A stretch of DNA of 64,000 nt from Harriotta raleighana (lineage: Eukaryota): the NCBI GenBank assembly GCA_050575255.1, contig JBNZDD010013725.1:4970550-5034549 (forward strand). The letters run 5' to 3'. Each line of letters opens with the position of its first letter. Position 1 is the stretch's first letter. Both the position numbers and the translations under genes were made by a program. A model generated the notes under the pieces. The model did no database searches. It was given only the letters and a program-made list of their open reading frames with translations, and was not told the origin of the DNA. Positions 49,605 through 62,944 of the stretch are shown piece by piece.

Positions 49605-50196
49605 CAGTAAAACCTTGTTTATCCGGTACCCAACCAACCGGCATACTCAACCTGCCGGTATCTCCCAATTGTATTGGGACACTCGCGATATACTCACTTT
49701 GCGCATGTGTGGCGTATGCGCATTTATTAAACTTACCGAACGCTGGAATACTTTTTTGCCAGTCATTTTACTGAGTATGCTGGAATACTTTATTGGTAAG
49801 TATCCATGCAATATTCTGTTATTATTTAGTCTATTGTTAATACAGGCAGACCTCAAGTTACGTCAGGCTTAGGTTCCTAAGATGTGGTGTAAGTCGAATT
49901 TGTATGTAAGTCGAGTCACCCCCTATAATGCTTACAGTAACATACAGTGATTGGTTGTAGTGTCGTAACTTCGAGACTTTGGATGTAACTCAGACGTAAT
50001 TTTACTGATATTAAGCGTCGCAACTTCGAATTGTCGTACCTCGGAACGTCGTAACTTGAGTACTGCCTGTATGGTATGTTTTAAAATAAGTAAATTTTTT
50101 GTGTAGGATTTTCGACAACTTGCCGCTCGAATATCCGGCATATTTTGATTAACTGGCACTGGACAAGTCCCGAGGGTGATAACGAAGGTTTTACCA
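49605..50196. mobile_element. Tigger/pogo-like MITE (TIR CAGTAAAACC...) carrying a nested MITE
   Basis: TA|cagtaaaaccttgtttatccgg ... gataacgaaggttttacca|TA; interior homologous to 58322-58703. Confidence 0.85.
49843..50069. mobile_element. Nested 227-bp Tigger-like MITE
   Basis: TA|caggcagacctcaagttacg ... cgtaacttgagtactgcctg|TA; the empty site is visible in sister copies. Confidence 0.92.
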
Positions 50197-50807
50197 TACT
50201 ATGAGTGACCATCATTCTATACCTTCCTGAAATTTATCATAATGGCAAAATAACAGCCTAAAAAATTATAATGTTCACATCTGACAGCAAATCTTGGGAA
50301 TCACACAATAATGATTCAGGGATAAACTGAAGCACTGTAACATGCTTCCTGATGTGAGGAATGAACCCACAACCTTCTGACTGACTCTTGAGGAGAGAGA
50401 AAACTGCCAATTGAGCAAGGCTGACACAATAAGAGGTCGTCAGACAGAAATCCTGACACTGAAAAGCTCAAGTCTTATGAAGCACTAGCACTTATCACAT
50501 CCTTGCAACACCGCACACTTTAATCCCCCCCAAATTAATCTAAATCCACTCGCCATTTCGAACACATGATGCTCATAATCTCCGAATCTAAATTACCACA
50601 AAAAAGCAAATTATTTTGAAGCAAATCTCAAGAATTACTGACATCTGTTTTGTTAATTACAGGACAGCTTGTGAATCGCATTAGTGCATTATGGAAACTG
50701 TGAATTAAACATTGGCTCCATTTACTGTCTCTTAGGAAACGTGTACTCAACCCAACACATATATAGTGGGAGAACATGTCGCGTCCAGCAACGAGATTGG
50801 ATAAATA

Positions 50808-51135
50808 GGAACATAGGAACAGGAGTAGGCCATTCAGCCCTTCGAGCCTGTTTCGCCATTTAATTAGATCATGGTTGATCTGTACCTCAACTAATCCCTT
50901 CAATTCCAATTCCCACATTCTTCTCATGTCCCTTAATACCCTGATCTACCAAAATTCTGTCAACCTCACACTTGAAGGTGTGGATGGATCCAGCATCCAT
51001 AGTCTCAGGAGTAGAGAATTTGAGATTTCAATGAGGGTTTGATTTCAGTGTTTATCCAATTCCTTCATCAATGCCTCAGCTTCAGCAGCCATTTGTGATA
51101 AAACATTCCACATTCTAACAGCCCTCAACATTACG
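50808..51135 (-). mobile_element. CR1 3' end, ending ~30 nt from the PARD3 donor at 51167
   Basis: ggaacataggaacaggagtaggccattcagcccttcgagcctg..., same family as 19661-20298. Confidence 0.8.
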
Positions 51136-51166
51136 AAAAAAAAAAAATATCCAGAGACAACATTTA

Positions 51167-51487
<321 letters not shown>

Positions 51488-52221
51488 TTATGAAGCCATA
51501 TAATTCCATAATTATATCCTCCTCAAACCGTACTAACCCGGATACACCTTTTCCTCAGCAGGACTCTGGCTTGCTTCACCTTACCCCGCTCCACCAGCAG
51601 CAGGCAGACTGTCAGCCTTTCTGCCCTCACTCTCTGGAACTCCAGGTCAGAGTCTCCCCCAATTCACTCCCTCAGTTCATTCAAGGCCAGCCTTAACAGT
51701 CTTTGACAATTTCCTAGTTCAAGGTCAGTCTCAGGACCTACTCTTTGATAGATAAATTTCTGTTATCTTTCCCTTTCTCTCAACGCTCCCATCACAAGTT
51801 CAGGTGTGCAACTGGTACTGTTAAAGGTTTTGGGAAAAGTGCTGTAAATGTCACTGCTGTGCACATTCAGTCCTGAACAATTGGTCCTAACATGCGGCCA
51901 CTTGTACAGGATTTCACCAATAAGAAAACTAGAGCAGGTTGTACTAACTTACGAACTAACTCTGCCATGTCTAGAACTAGGTATGGAGCAGTGTTTCACT
52001 GGGTCAGAGTTCTGCACTTGAAGTACTTTCCATTACCAGGAGTACCCATTTATTTAGGAAGTCCTATTAGAAAACATTTTAGATTCCCCCAAACACTGGA
52101 TAATGCTATTCTCCACAAAAGGAATAGGACAGAGACATTTCCAGGTTATTATTTATTTGAATATTAAAGGGAGTTTGTTCCAATGTCCTGGCTAAGAATT
52201 CTCCAGATAAATATTAGTCAT

Positions 52222-52559
52222 TAATAATATAATAATAATAATCCTTGCATTTGATATAGCGCTTTTCACATCTTATCAACGTCCCAAAGCGCTTCACAGA
52301 ATATACTGTAAAGTGAATTGACTGTATATTTGTGGGCGGAACGCGGCAGCCAATTGCGCACAACAGTGTCCCACAAACAGTCATGGATTGAAATGACCAA
52401 TTTTATTATTGTGTTTTTTTTTGGAGGGATTATTATTAGGCATGTGGAGTAAGGAAACTTGCCCAAGGTTTCACCCTGATCTGCCTGGATTCGAACACAG
52501 GTCTCATGCTTGTAAGGCATGTAAAGCGAGTGCTCTAACCACTGAGCCACAGGAGCTCC
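52222..52559 (-). mobile_element. tRNA-derived SINE, full length, short subfamily (little CpG decay)
   Basis: Complete reverse-complement copy with long (TAA)n tail. Confidence 0.92.
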
Positions 52560-52647
52560 ACGATTGTTCCCGATTGTTCCCGATTCACTTCCCGATTGTT
52601 TGTTGGAAACTGCAGTGTGCAAATTGGCTATCGAGTTTGCCCACACA

Positions 52648-52985
52648 TATAATAATAATCCTTACATTTGATATACTGTATTGCCTTATCACATTGCTGA
52701 GATGTCTCAAAGTGCTTCGCAAATATATTGGAAATTGCATTGACTGTGCATTTTGTGGCAGCGAATTGCACAAACAGTTGTAGAATGAATAACCAACATT
52801 TTTTTTGAGGGATCATTACTGTCGGAAAGTGATCTGACAATCAACTAACAACCGGTTTCTACTTACTGCTAGGTAAACAGTGGTGTGTGGAGTAAGGAAA
52901 GTTGCCTAAGTTTTCGCCCGGCGAGGGATTTGAACCTGGTTGCTCTTGCTTGCAAAGTGAATATGCTAATCACTACCCTTTGGGA
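52648..52985 (-). mobile_element. tRNA-derived SINE, full length, long subfamily
   Basis: Contains the extra ctacttactgctaggtaaacag segment absent from the adjacent short copy. Confidence 0.85.
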
Positions 52986-53149
52986 TATGCATCTTGCCCA
53001 ACATGAGATGCTATATCAAATGTAAGTATGCTCATTTATACAATAATAATCCTTGAAGTTGACATAACGCTTCACAGGATTTACTGTAAAGTGTAGTAAC
53101 TGTATTTTGTATGGAACAAGGCAGCTGGAGTTGCCCCACAACTATTTAA

Positions 53150-53632
53150 TATTAAAATAATAAGGGATTCGATAGGGCAGCTACTGAGAAACTAATTCCA
53201 CTGGTAATTTCCTAGTTCAAGGTCAGTCTCAGGACCTACTATTTGACAGATAAATTTCTGTTATCTTTCCCTTTCTCTCAACGCTCTCATCTCAAGTTCA
53301 GGTGTGCAACTGGTTATTTATTGTTAAAATAATAAGGGATTCTTATTATTCTGGGTGAATCCAGAAAAGGGCAGGATAATATTAAAACTGGAGCTAGACC
53401 ATTTAGGAAGAAAGTTTTTTTTATCCAAAGGGTAGTGAAAATCTGGAATTCTCTCCCCAAAAAGGCTGTAGATGCCAGATCCATTCACATCTTCAATACT
53501 GAGGTGGATAGATATTTGTTAGGTCAAGGTATTAAGGGATATGGGGACAAGGGTGTGAAATTGGACTTGAAGTACAGATCAGACATGATCTTACAGAATG
53601 AGGGACTGAATGACCTACTCCTATTTCTATAT
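53150..53632 (+). mobile_element. CR1 3' fragment interrupted by a 109-bp locally copied insert
   Basis: aagggattcgatagg..ccactggt [insert] gggtgaatccagaa...ctggaattctctccccaaaaggctgtagatgc...gaatgacctactcc. Confidence 0.8.
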
Positions 53633-53883
53633 TTCAAACAGCTATGGTAATCAACAAATTTTTATTTGGGGGCTTGTTTGGTTAAGATACCAGGTGAAAC
53701 TCCTTTCTCATTTTCAATAGTGCCACAGGATCTTTATCATCCACATCTCAACTTTCAACAGAATTGGTTCAACTCCTCAACCACTCTTCAATGCACATGC
53801 CCTGTGTGTGGCCAGGACAGGCATCATCAGCTACTGCATAAAACATTTCACCAGACTTTAAATCTTAAGTATGTATTTTATTT

Positions 53884-54100
53884 ACGACCCTTCGTCACGG
53901 CAGGGTAGTGTTGGAGGGTCAAAGCTGAAACATCAACCCGTCTGGTTTCTCGTCCAGATGTCATTTCATCTGATGGGCTCTTCCAAGCAACTTCTTTTTA
54001 AGTTAGGACTTCAGATTTCCGACAATCCCAATCTTTTTGTTTTATATGCATTTAAATTCCCCGACATTCCCAATCCTTCTGTTTAATGTGGATTTCAATT
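53884..54100 (+). mobile_element. Degenerate Penelope-like terminal repeat fragment
   Basis: acgacccttcgtca matches 20699-20712; followed by an oppositely oriented gagggtcaaagctgaaacatcaac...ttccaagcaacttct. Confidence 0.5.
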
Positions 54101-56005
54101 CTTGCATGTGCTGGAGCAGAGTGCAATCCAGTCAGTACAAAGAGAAAGAAGAACTGCGTTGCATTCAGCACTGCTGTGCCCAGGGTCACACACAAGACTG
54201 TGTCAATCAAGTAACCAACATTCAAGTGCTTCATCGCTTTACATCAGCACAGTGGGATTTTGACTGCATGCCTGGGAGCAAATAGACACACATGATCCTG
54301 GAAATTTAAAAAGGTCGGTTTCGGAGACATGAGCCTTAGAAGAGAATATAAATATGATATTGAAACAAAATTGGTCTAGGATGATGTGTAACTTTACCCT
54401 GCTGAAGGTTGGTGGAGATTTATTGACAGTTCATTCAATGCAAATCATGGGCCATATTCCAAATCTATTAAACCTTTTTTTTAAAAAAGTCATGTGGCTA
54501 CATTGCAATTCATCGCTGTATTAAAATTTACCTAGCACTAAGGAACATAGGAACAGGAATAAGCCATTCAGCCCCTCCAGCCTGCTCCATCATTCTTTTA
54601 GATTATGGCTGATCTGTACCTCAACTTCAATTACCTGCCTTTGCCCAAATCCCTTGATATCCTTACAAAGAAATCTATCTCTCTCAGTCTTGATTTATAC
54701 ATCTCATTTTGAATGTAAAGGCAAATCAAGATACATTTTGTCTCTCTCATAGAACTATGCCATGAAAACCTGATCTGTTAATTCTGAGGGGCCAGGTTTA
54801 TTAAGGAAAAAGCCCTAGGTATTTGCGCACAGTTAAATAGCAGATCCCTGCTGCATCAAAAGGACGATCGGAAACCTTGGCTCTCTGCACAGCGCTGCTC
54901 TGAATTGTGTTACCCAATTGTTGGGCATACGCTCACATAAAGTTTCTTGATCATTTGAACAAAAAGGCGAATCAAGTTAGATTTTGTCTCTCCCACAGCG
55001 GAACAGTGAGACCCCCAAGGATCTGAAATTAATTAATTCCACGCAGATGGCAGCATTTCAAAACACATTTCAAAAAGTTCTGCTACTGGAACTGTAAGAA
55101 AGAAAACACACACATGCAGGGAAAAGTGTGAAGAACTCCCAAACCTTTGAAAGGTGCCTCCACCCCCAGGTTTGAAGTGAAGGCAAAGGGGGTTATACTG
55201 TTACTGCATTTGTTAAAGTGCTATTCACATTGGGAGGATGCCTCTCAAAAGCGCTTGTTAGGATTTACTGTAAAGTGACTGCATTTTGTAGTTGAGTTAC
55301 AAAGAAATGAATAAATCACTTTGAGAACACAGTGTTGGGAGTATATATGGATAGGTACCAAATATCCATATGGGACACTGTTGTGCGCAATTGGCTGCCT
55401 CGTTTTGTCCACAAAACGTAGTCAATTCACTTAACAGTATATTCTGTGAGATGTCTAGAAAACGTGATAAGATGCTACATCAAATGTAAGGTTTATTGTT
55501 ATTATGTATGGATAGGAACAGAATGAAGTTAAAGAAACAGATAGAAATAAGCTGGAATTTTTTTTGCACCTCATCATGTTGAAGTTGTATCTCAAAGCTC
55601 TTCAAAACTAATTATCATCAAGTATAGTAACTCTTTATGGTGAGGAAGCACAGCACTCCATGAGAGAATAATTTCTGGACTGGCTAAGACCAGATGTATG
55701 GAATGAAAGATGCCAAGTTTAGCTAGTGAAGCTGTGGGATGGATAATATGGTGAAGTGTTTGATTCTGACTAGGGGATCAAGGTGTTTGTCCCAACAGGA
55801 GACGAAAGAGTGGGTGGGCTGAAATCCACAAAGGGGAGATTTTCTATTGCCTCTGGATGTTGGGGTTATAAATGTATTTCTTATGTGCAGAAACGTTATG
55901 AGAAGAATAAATTACAGGCTGTAAAACCTAATTATCGACATGAATTGTAACATGTTTCTTTCGGTTGTTGGGACACAATCAAGCTGGTGCCGTGAAAGTT
56001 GGAAT

Positions 56006-56200
56006 GGAGTCCCATAGCATAGTGGTTAGCACGCTCGCATTGCAAGCGAGAGGAGCTGTGTTTGATTCCCAGGTGGTGCGAACCCTTCGACAAATTTCTG
56101 CACTTCACATGTCTCTGTTTATCAGGTAGTAAGTATCAAACGGGTTGTTAGTCGATTGGTTTTCCAAGGTAATAATCCCTCAAACAAAATTGGTCACTGT
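56006..56200 (+). mobile_element. tRNA-derived SINE 5' half, long subfamily
   Basis: ggagtcccatagcatagtggttagcacgctcgc head plus internal segment. Confidence 0.75.
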
Positions 56201-57009
56201 GACAGGGGGAATAACACTTTATAGTTATTGCTGATCAATTTACATGTAAAGGGATCTAACAACAGCTGGATTCCAATCAGGCTGGATCGGAATTTGGGAT
56301 AATTGAGCTCTAATCCTATGTAATAGTTAAACACTAGTATAACTCTGGAGGCTTGGGCTTCCACATCTAACCATCGCTTGTTGTGGTGTGAAAAGTGCGC
56401 CTGGTTTTCTGCTGTGCTAATTGTTCAGTTAGATGGTTTTTTTCCCTTCTTAACCTCAGTAATTTTCATCAATATGACAAATATGGCAGTTTTAGCTGTT
56501 CGCCTGGAAAGTGTTCAGAATGGCATTCAAGCTCCAGCTGATACATATTTGGGAATATCCGAAAATGAGAATCTAATGATTTCAAGTCTTGCTAATGTCT
56601 CTTGATCTTAATGATATGCTCTCAAGTAACAAGTGAGAAATTGTTGCCTCAATTCTCCCGGGGCGTATGGAGTGTATCACAGCAAACACTTCACTTAGGC
56701 TGATCTGATAAGCTTCCTGGTGACTAGAACCCTTGTCACTTCCAATGCAAAGAATAAAACATCAATCCACAAACACAGCAACATTAAGGTTTGTGTTCAA
56801 AAAGATCAGATGAAGAAATGATCTGATGTGTCATTGTATCAAGCCTTCAGCCATGATACCCAAGCCTTCTGAATCACTCCTCCAAACCCATTTTGCCTTG
56901 CTACGCCTCTCATTGCCACTTCTGTTACTGCCTTAAAAACCCTAAAAACCTCTCTTAACTTTGCCTATGGTTAACATCTCTCATTTCCACATATGAGACT
57001 TGTAAGCAA

Positions 57010-58122
57010 AATATAATCCCCATGTTATTAAAGGGACATTTAGTATTACAGAAACAGAACTGGCTGGGAGACAAAGCAGAGAGCTGTGGTGAACGGTTGT
57101 CTTTCTGTCTGGAGGGAAGTATGCAGTGGTGTCCCCCAAAGGAGTGATATTGAGACCACTGTTCCTTTTGATTTATATAAATGACCTGGACTTGGGTATA
57201 GGGAGTACAATTTCCAAGTTTGCAGACGATACTAAGCTAGAAAAAGTAGTAAATGTTGAGGAGGATAGAGTGCAAGAGGACATCGGCAGACTGATAAAAT
57301 TGGCAGACACTTGGCAGCTGAAGTTTAATGTGGAGAAATGCAAAGTGATTCATTTTGGGAGAAAGAATGAGAAGAGGCAATATAAGATAGATGGTAAAAT
57401 CTTAAAGGAGTTGAAGGAGCAGAGAGACCTGGGGGGGTTCATATAAGTAAATCTTTGAAGGTAGATAAAGCTGTTAAAAAAAACACATACGGGATACTAG
57501 GCTTTATAAATATGGGCATAGAATACAAAAGTCAGGAAATTATGATGAACCTGATAAACCACTAGTTAGGCCTCAGGTAGACTATTGTGTTCAGTTCTGG
57601 GCACCACACTTTAGGAAGAATGTCAAGGCATTGGAGAGGGTGCAAAAGAGATTTACCAAGATGGTACCAGGAATGAGGGATTTTAGTTATGAGGAGAAGC
57701 TAGAGAAGCTAGAATTATTCTCCTTGAAGCAGAGAAGATTAAGATGAAACTTAATAGAGGATTTCAAAATTACGAGTTGATTCGATAAGAGTGCACAAAC
57801 AGAAACTGTTTCCGCTGATGGGTGGGTCGGTAACCCAAGGACATCGATTTAAATAGTAGTTAAAAGAAACAGAGGGAAGGTGAGGAGACATTTTTCCACA
57901 TGAGTTGCTCGGATCTGGAATGCATTGCGTTAAAGGGTGGTGGAAGCCCATTCGTTAACAACTTTTAAGAAAGAAGTAGATACTTATTTGGGGAGGACAA
58001 GTTTGCAGGACTATGAAAAGAGAGTGGGGGAGTGGAATTGATTTATACAGCTCTTTTCAAAGAGCTGACACAGACATGATTGGCTGAATGGCGTTCTTCT
58101 GTGCTGTATAATGCTATGATTT
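57010..58122 (+). mobile_element. CR1 LINE, 5'-truncated (~1.1 kb), degraded RT
   Basis: LFLIYINDLDLGIGSTISKFADDTKL...WQLKFNVEKCKVIHFG; 3' UTR ggctgaatggcgttcttctgtgctgta. Confidence 0.93.
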
Positions 58123-58321
58123 CTTATTCAGTGGGTACAGCAGATGTATCTTGTTAGGCTATTTGAAAAGCTTCTATAGAAATACAATAGATATACAAGT
58201 TGCAAGATTGGTTCACAGTAGAGGTGGGAAAAGCACAGCCAGGGAGAAATGTGGCAATCTGTAGTCTCCGATTTTCTAAACTCCCTAAATTTTAATGATA
58301 TTTCTTGCAATTATTATACTA

Positions 58322-58703
58322 CAGTAAAACCTCTTTCATCCGTGACCCAATCAACCGTAACCCAATTCAATTGCTCGACCCCCTCCTGGGGCAATTCCCT
58401 ATTCTAGAATCGTGAGTTTGCTCGCATGCGCACTTAGTAAATTTATGCACTTGGGTTTTTTATCGATCGGTAAAAAATGCTGTTTTACCGATTTTTTCCC
58501 GACTGTGCTGGAATACTTTATTGGTAAGTATCCACATAATATTCTGTTACTATGTAGTCTATTATTAACATGGTATGTTTTAAAATCAGTTAATTTTTTA
58601 TGTTGGGTTTTCGGCGACTTGTCTCCCGTTTATCCAGCACAGTCAATTAGTCGCCCCCCCCCCTCCCCCCCTCCGAGTGTGCCGGATAAACAAGGTTTTA
58701 CTG
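58322..58703. mobile_element. Tigger/pogo-like MITE
   Basis: TA|cagtaaaacctctttcatccg ... cggataaacaaggttttactg|TA. Confidence 0.9.
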
Positions 58704-60595
58704 TATTATACTATTGTACTTTCTTTCACATCTAGACATGTGAAGCTGCTTGAAAGTGTTTACAGGATTTACTGCAAAGTTGTGACTGTGTATTTCGTAG
58801 TCAATATACATGCAACAATGAACCCAAAACAGCTTTCAAATGAATGACCAATTTTACTTGGGAGATTGTTGGCCAGGAGACTGGGAGAAACTCCCTTTTC
58901 AAATAGTGCCCTGCGATCTTTAACATTCAGCCAAACAGACAGACAGGACCTTAGTTCAACATCTCATCTAAAGGGCAGCACCTTCAATAATGCATCAGTC
59001 CCCAAGACCCTGGAGGGCAATTAAGAGTCCAGTAACTGCTCAAACATCTCTTTTTACCTCTAAACATTTTATCGGGCACGAGAAATTCAATTTGGACACT
59101 TAAGCTGAAGAGTTTCTTTTACTGAGCAAAATTTAATCAAAGTACGAAGTTCAGAAGTCAGCAGGGCATTTTACACAGGGAACATTTGAGAGCTTAAGGC
59201 AACTAAGTTTTTATATAATGTTGAGTTTTTTTAAGTTAATGAACAGTGAGTCTTCAGAAATGTCTATTTTGTCAGGCTAATGGGCCACTATAATTATTCA
59301 TGGAAAGCATCTGACCCACATTTCTGACATATAGTCTGAAGCAGGAAATTACAGAGCCCACATCAACTGCCTTTCTCTCAGTCTCTCTCCCCTTGATTAT
59401 TTGACTGTCTATCTGTGGCCCCATCCTTTGACTCATCCACCCCCTTCCGTATTTCCCCGCAGATGTTAAATTTACTCTGCCCAACGATAATCAAGCTTAA
59501 AGGTATGCAAGTGTAATTTTGTTGTTGCTCTTGTTAAATTATAATAGGTTCCACCCTGAATTTTCGTCGGTTTTGTCGAGCGTGCTAACCCAGCTAAAAA
59601 ACTGACAACGTCAGCCCAATAATGTGATACGTGTTTTCTGAATGGTTGCGTTACAACCATTTAATATGATTCTGTTCTACTTTCAGAACCAATTTCAAAT
59701 AATACCAAATGCTGCCTTCAACACTTGATGCACACAGGAGGTGGGAGGGAATAGAATGGGTGGGAGCTTGAAGTAGAGTGTGAATACCTACATGGAATAG
59801 TTGAGTCAAATTGCCCATTTCTGTGAAGTACACACTGTGTATCTCTATGTAACATGCAAGATCTGCCGGGTGTAAAGTGACACCAAGTAGGGTTGCAGTC
59901 AATAAAACAGCTATTAGAAAATTCTACTGAGAGCCAAATGAATCACATTCAATAATCCTTGCATTTGATACAGACCCTTTCACATTGCAAGGATGCCTCA
60001 AAGAACTTCACAGGATATACTGTGAAGTGTAGTGACTGTATTTTGTAGGCAAACCATTTGATATAAATCCATTCCATTTTATCGTAAGCAAGTTGACATC
60101 TAGAAATTACAGAAACAACCTGTGAACAAAGCTTGTCAAATAACAAGGACCATTTACTGCTGGAAGCAGTGTGGCGAGCTCCAGGTAGACAGAGCTGCCA
60201 TAGTGTAAGATGACACTTCAATGCAGTGCTGTTGGGCACGCTGCATTGTTAGAGGGGACATCTTTTAGATTAGACGTTAAATCGAGACCTTGTCTGCCTG
60301 TTTAGGTGGAAGTTAAAGAAAACATGGCTCTCCCGGAAATAGAGGAGATTTTCTTACAATACCCTGGCCAACAAAACCCTAAAAAATTAAATGGTGATTC
60401 TCTTCATGCTGCACTTAAATCTGCTGCTGTTTTGGCTTACAACTATACAATCGCATAACCATATAGTAAATGTTGCAAAGTGCTTTGATACATGCTCATG
60501 ATGTGAAAGGTGCTATATGAAATATCAAAAATTTTACTATAGCCCAAACGGTAAAGGCATTGCCAAGTGCAGTCATAATAATAATAATAATAATA

Positions 60596-61104
60596 CAGTA
60601 AAAGCCTGTTTATCCATGACCAGATGAACCGGAAGCCCGTATAACCATCACGTCAAAACAAAATTTCCCATCCGATTAACCGGAAATTATCCAGCAGAAT
60701 AGCGATGGCACATTTAATGAATCGATTGTCGCACTCGAGTACTGTGCAGGCTAGGACAGCCTGAAATCGCACTGCCATTTTAAAAAAAAGTTGCCCTGCC
60801 ATTTTATTTCCTCCCTTGGGCAGCCATCATTGCAGAAGTTAAGTATGAAAAATAAAGTACTAATACAATATTCTGTTATTACAGTATCTGTTTTTAGTGT
60901 AGTCTATTATTTATATGGTACAGTGTGCAACATTTACAATAAAATACCCATACAATATTCTGTTATTATGTTATTACTTAGTCTATTATTAATATGGTAT
61001 GTGTTAAAATAGTTTTTAATTTTTAAAAAAAAACGTTCAACCGGCAAGCTGTTTAACCGGCACTGGCCAGGTCTCATGGGTGCCAGATAAATGGGCTTTT
61101 AATG
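60596..61104. mobile_element. Tigger/pogo-like MITE inserted into a SINE (TAA)n tail
   Basis: TA|cagtaaaagcctgtttatc ... gataaatgggcttttaatg|TA; SINE tail lies on the left and the SINE body (61107-61435) on the right. Confidence 0.88.
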
Positions 61105-61106
61105 TA

Positions 61107-61435
61107 CTTGCTTTTGATATAGTGCTGATCACATCTTCGAGATGTTTCATAGTGCTTCACAGAATATACTGTAAAGTGGATTGACTGCATCCCACAGCCA
61201 TGTCCTACAAAGAGTCATGGATTCAATGACCAATTTTTTATGATAAATATATATTTCCCCGGTAAAACAATCTGTCAATTGACTAACAACTGATTTTCTA
61301 CTTAATGCTAAACAAATAGGCATTTAGAATAAGGAAACCTTTGCCCGACTTTTGCAATATTTTGCCCTGCTGGGAATCAAATCCAGATCTCTCGCTCATA
61401 AGGCAAGTTTTCTAACCACTGAGCTACAGGACTCC
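61107..61435 (-). mobile_element. tRNA-derived SINE, long subfamily
   Basis: Reverse-complement body and head (ctaaccactgagctacaggactcc). Confidence 0.82.
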
Positions 61436-62605
61436 AAGTTCTGGGCAAAACAGATCAGAGAGTCAATGGTTTCAATCCTGGTCGATGTTGAGTTGACAGA
61501 TCTCAGATGTAGCACCAGTTGGGGCAATACAGAGATGTATAGCATACCCATGGGTGTTGCAGGAGAAAATCTGCCAGTGCTCCCATTCTATAGCATTCTC
61601 CTAAAAGCCATACTGGAAGGCGTGTCTGGGGATATTGAGCGAGGACAGTAATGAGTTCAGCTGTGATGAGCTCCTGCAGTCATACAGCCAGTCAGCATTT
61701 ACTGACAAGACTCACATAATGAATAGTGAACATTCAGGTGATGTATTGGATGACCCTTGGAACCATCCACCATGAGTGGTCTGTTTCATGTTGTCAATTT
61801 TACGTAGTGCTACATAGAGTGCAATAAATCACCCGCAATAAGAGGAAGGAAAACTAGAGGAAAGTACAACACATACACATCACATTTATAAACCGTCTGT
61901 CATGTCGGGAGGATGAGCTAAAGCTCGTCATCGTGCTGGATGGGTACCAGAATTGGGGGGTGGGAGCTGAGCAGAGTGGATGGATGAAAGATGACCGAAA
62001 GCTTAGTCGAAGAGGTACATTTGGAGGGGAAGGACAGAGTCAGATTGCACCCAGGATGAAATTCTGGAGAGTGGGTACAGAATGTCCGATGGGGCAGGGT
62101 ACATGAAGCAGGCCATTACTCGCTCGGAAAAGGGGCAGAAAGAAAACGCAATGTGGCTACACAATAAGGAGATTTGCATTTTCACCAAAAGACTCAACAA
62201 CATATTCCAAACAGCACCAAAGCACATTGATCACGCAGGGTAGCTCCAACTCAACACCATAAGGCAGATAAAACTGCATAACCCCTGTTACACTGATTGA
62301 TAGTAACAATAATTACATTTGTGCCATAAGCATTTTCCTCGTCTAAAGCGAAAAAAAATAAACTAATGTGCTATTGACTGTTGGTAGCTGCAACATTCCC
62401 ACATTGAAAAGTAGCCTCGAGATATACCTCTGTGACCTGTGCGTTCAGCCTTTCCCAACCCCCTCCCCAGCTCAGGTGCCCAGCCAGCTTTAATCAGCAT
62501 TTTGCAATATCCTCAAATGTGAAAGGAGCGATATAAATGTAAAATGTGCTGCAACTGCATTGTCTGCCAGTGCAACTAGTGTGAATGCCAGCTGATGATT
62601 GACTA

Positions 62606-62944
<339 letters not shown>

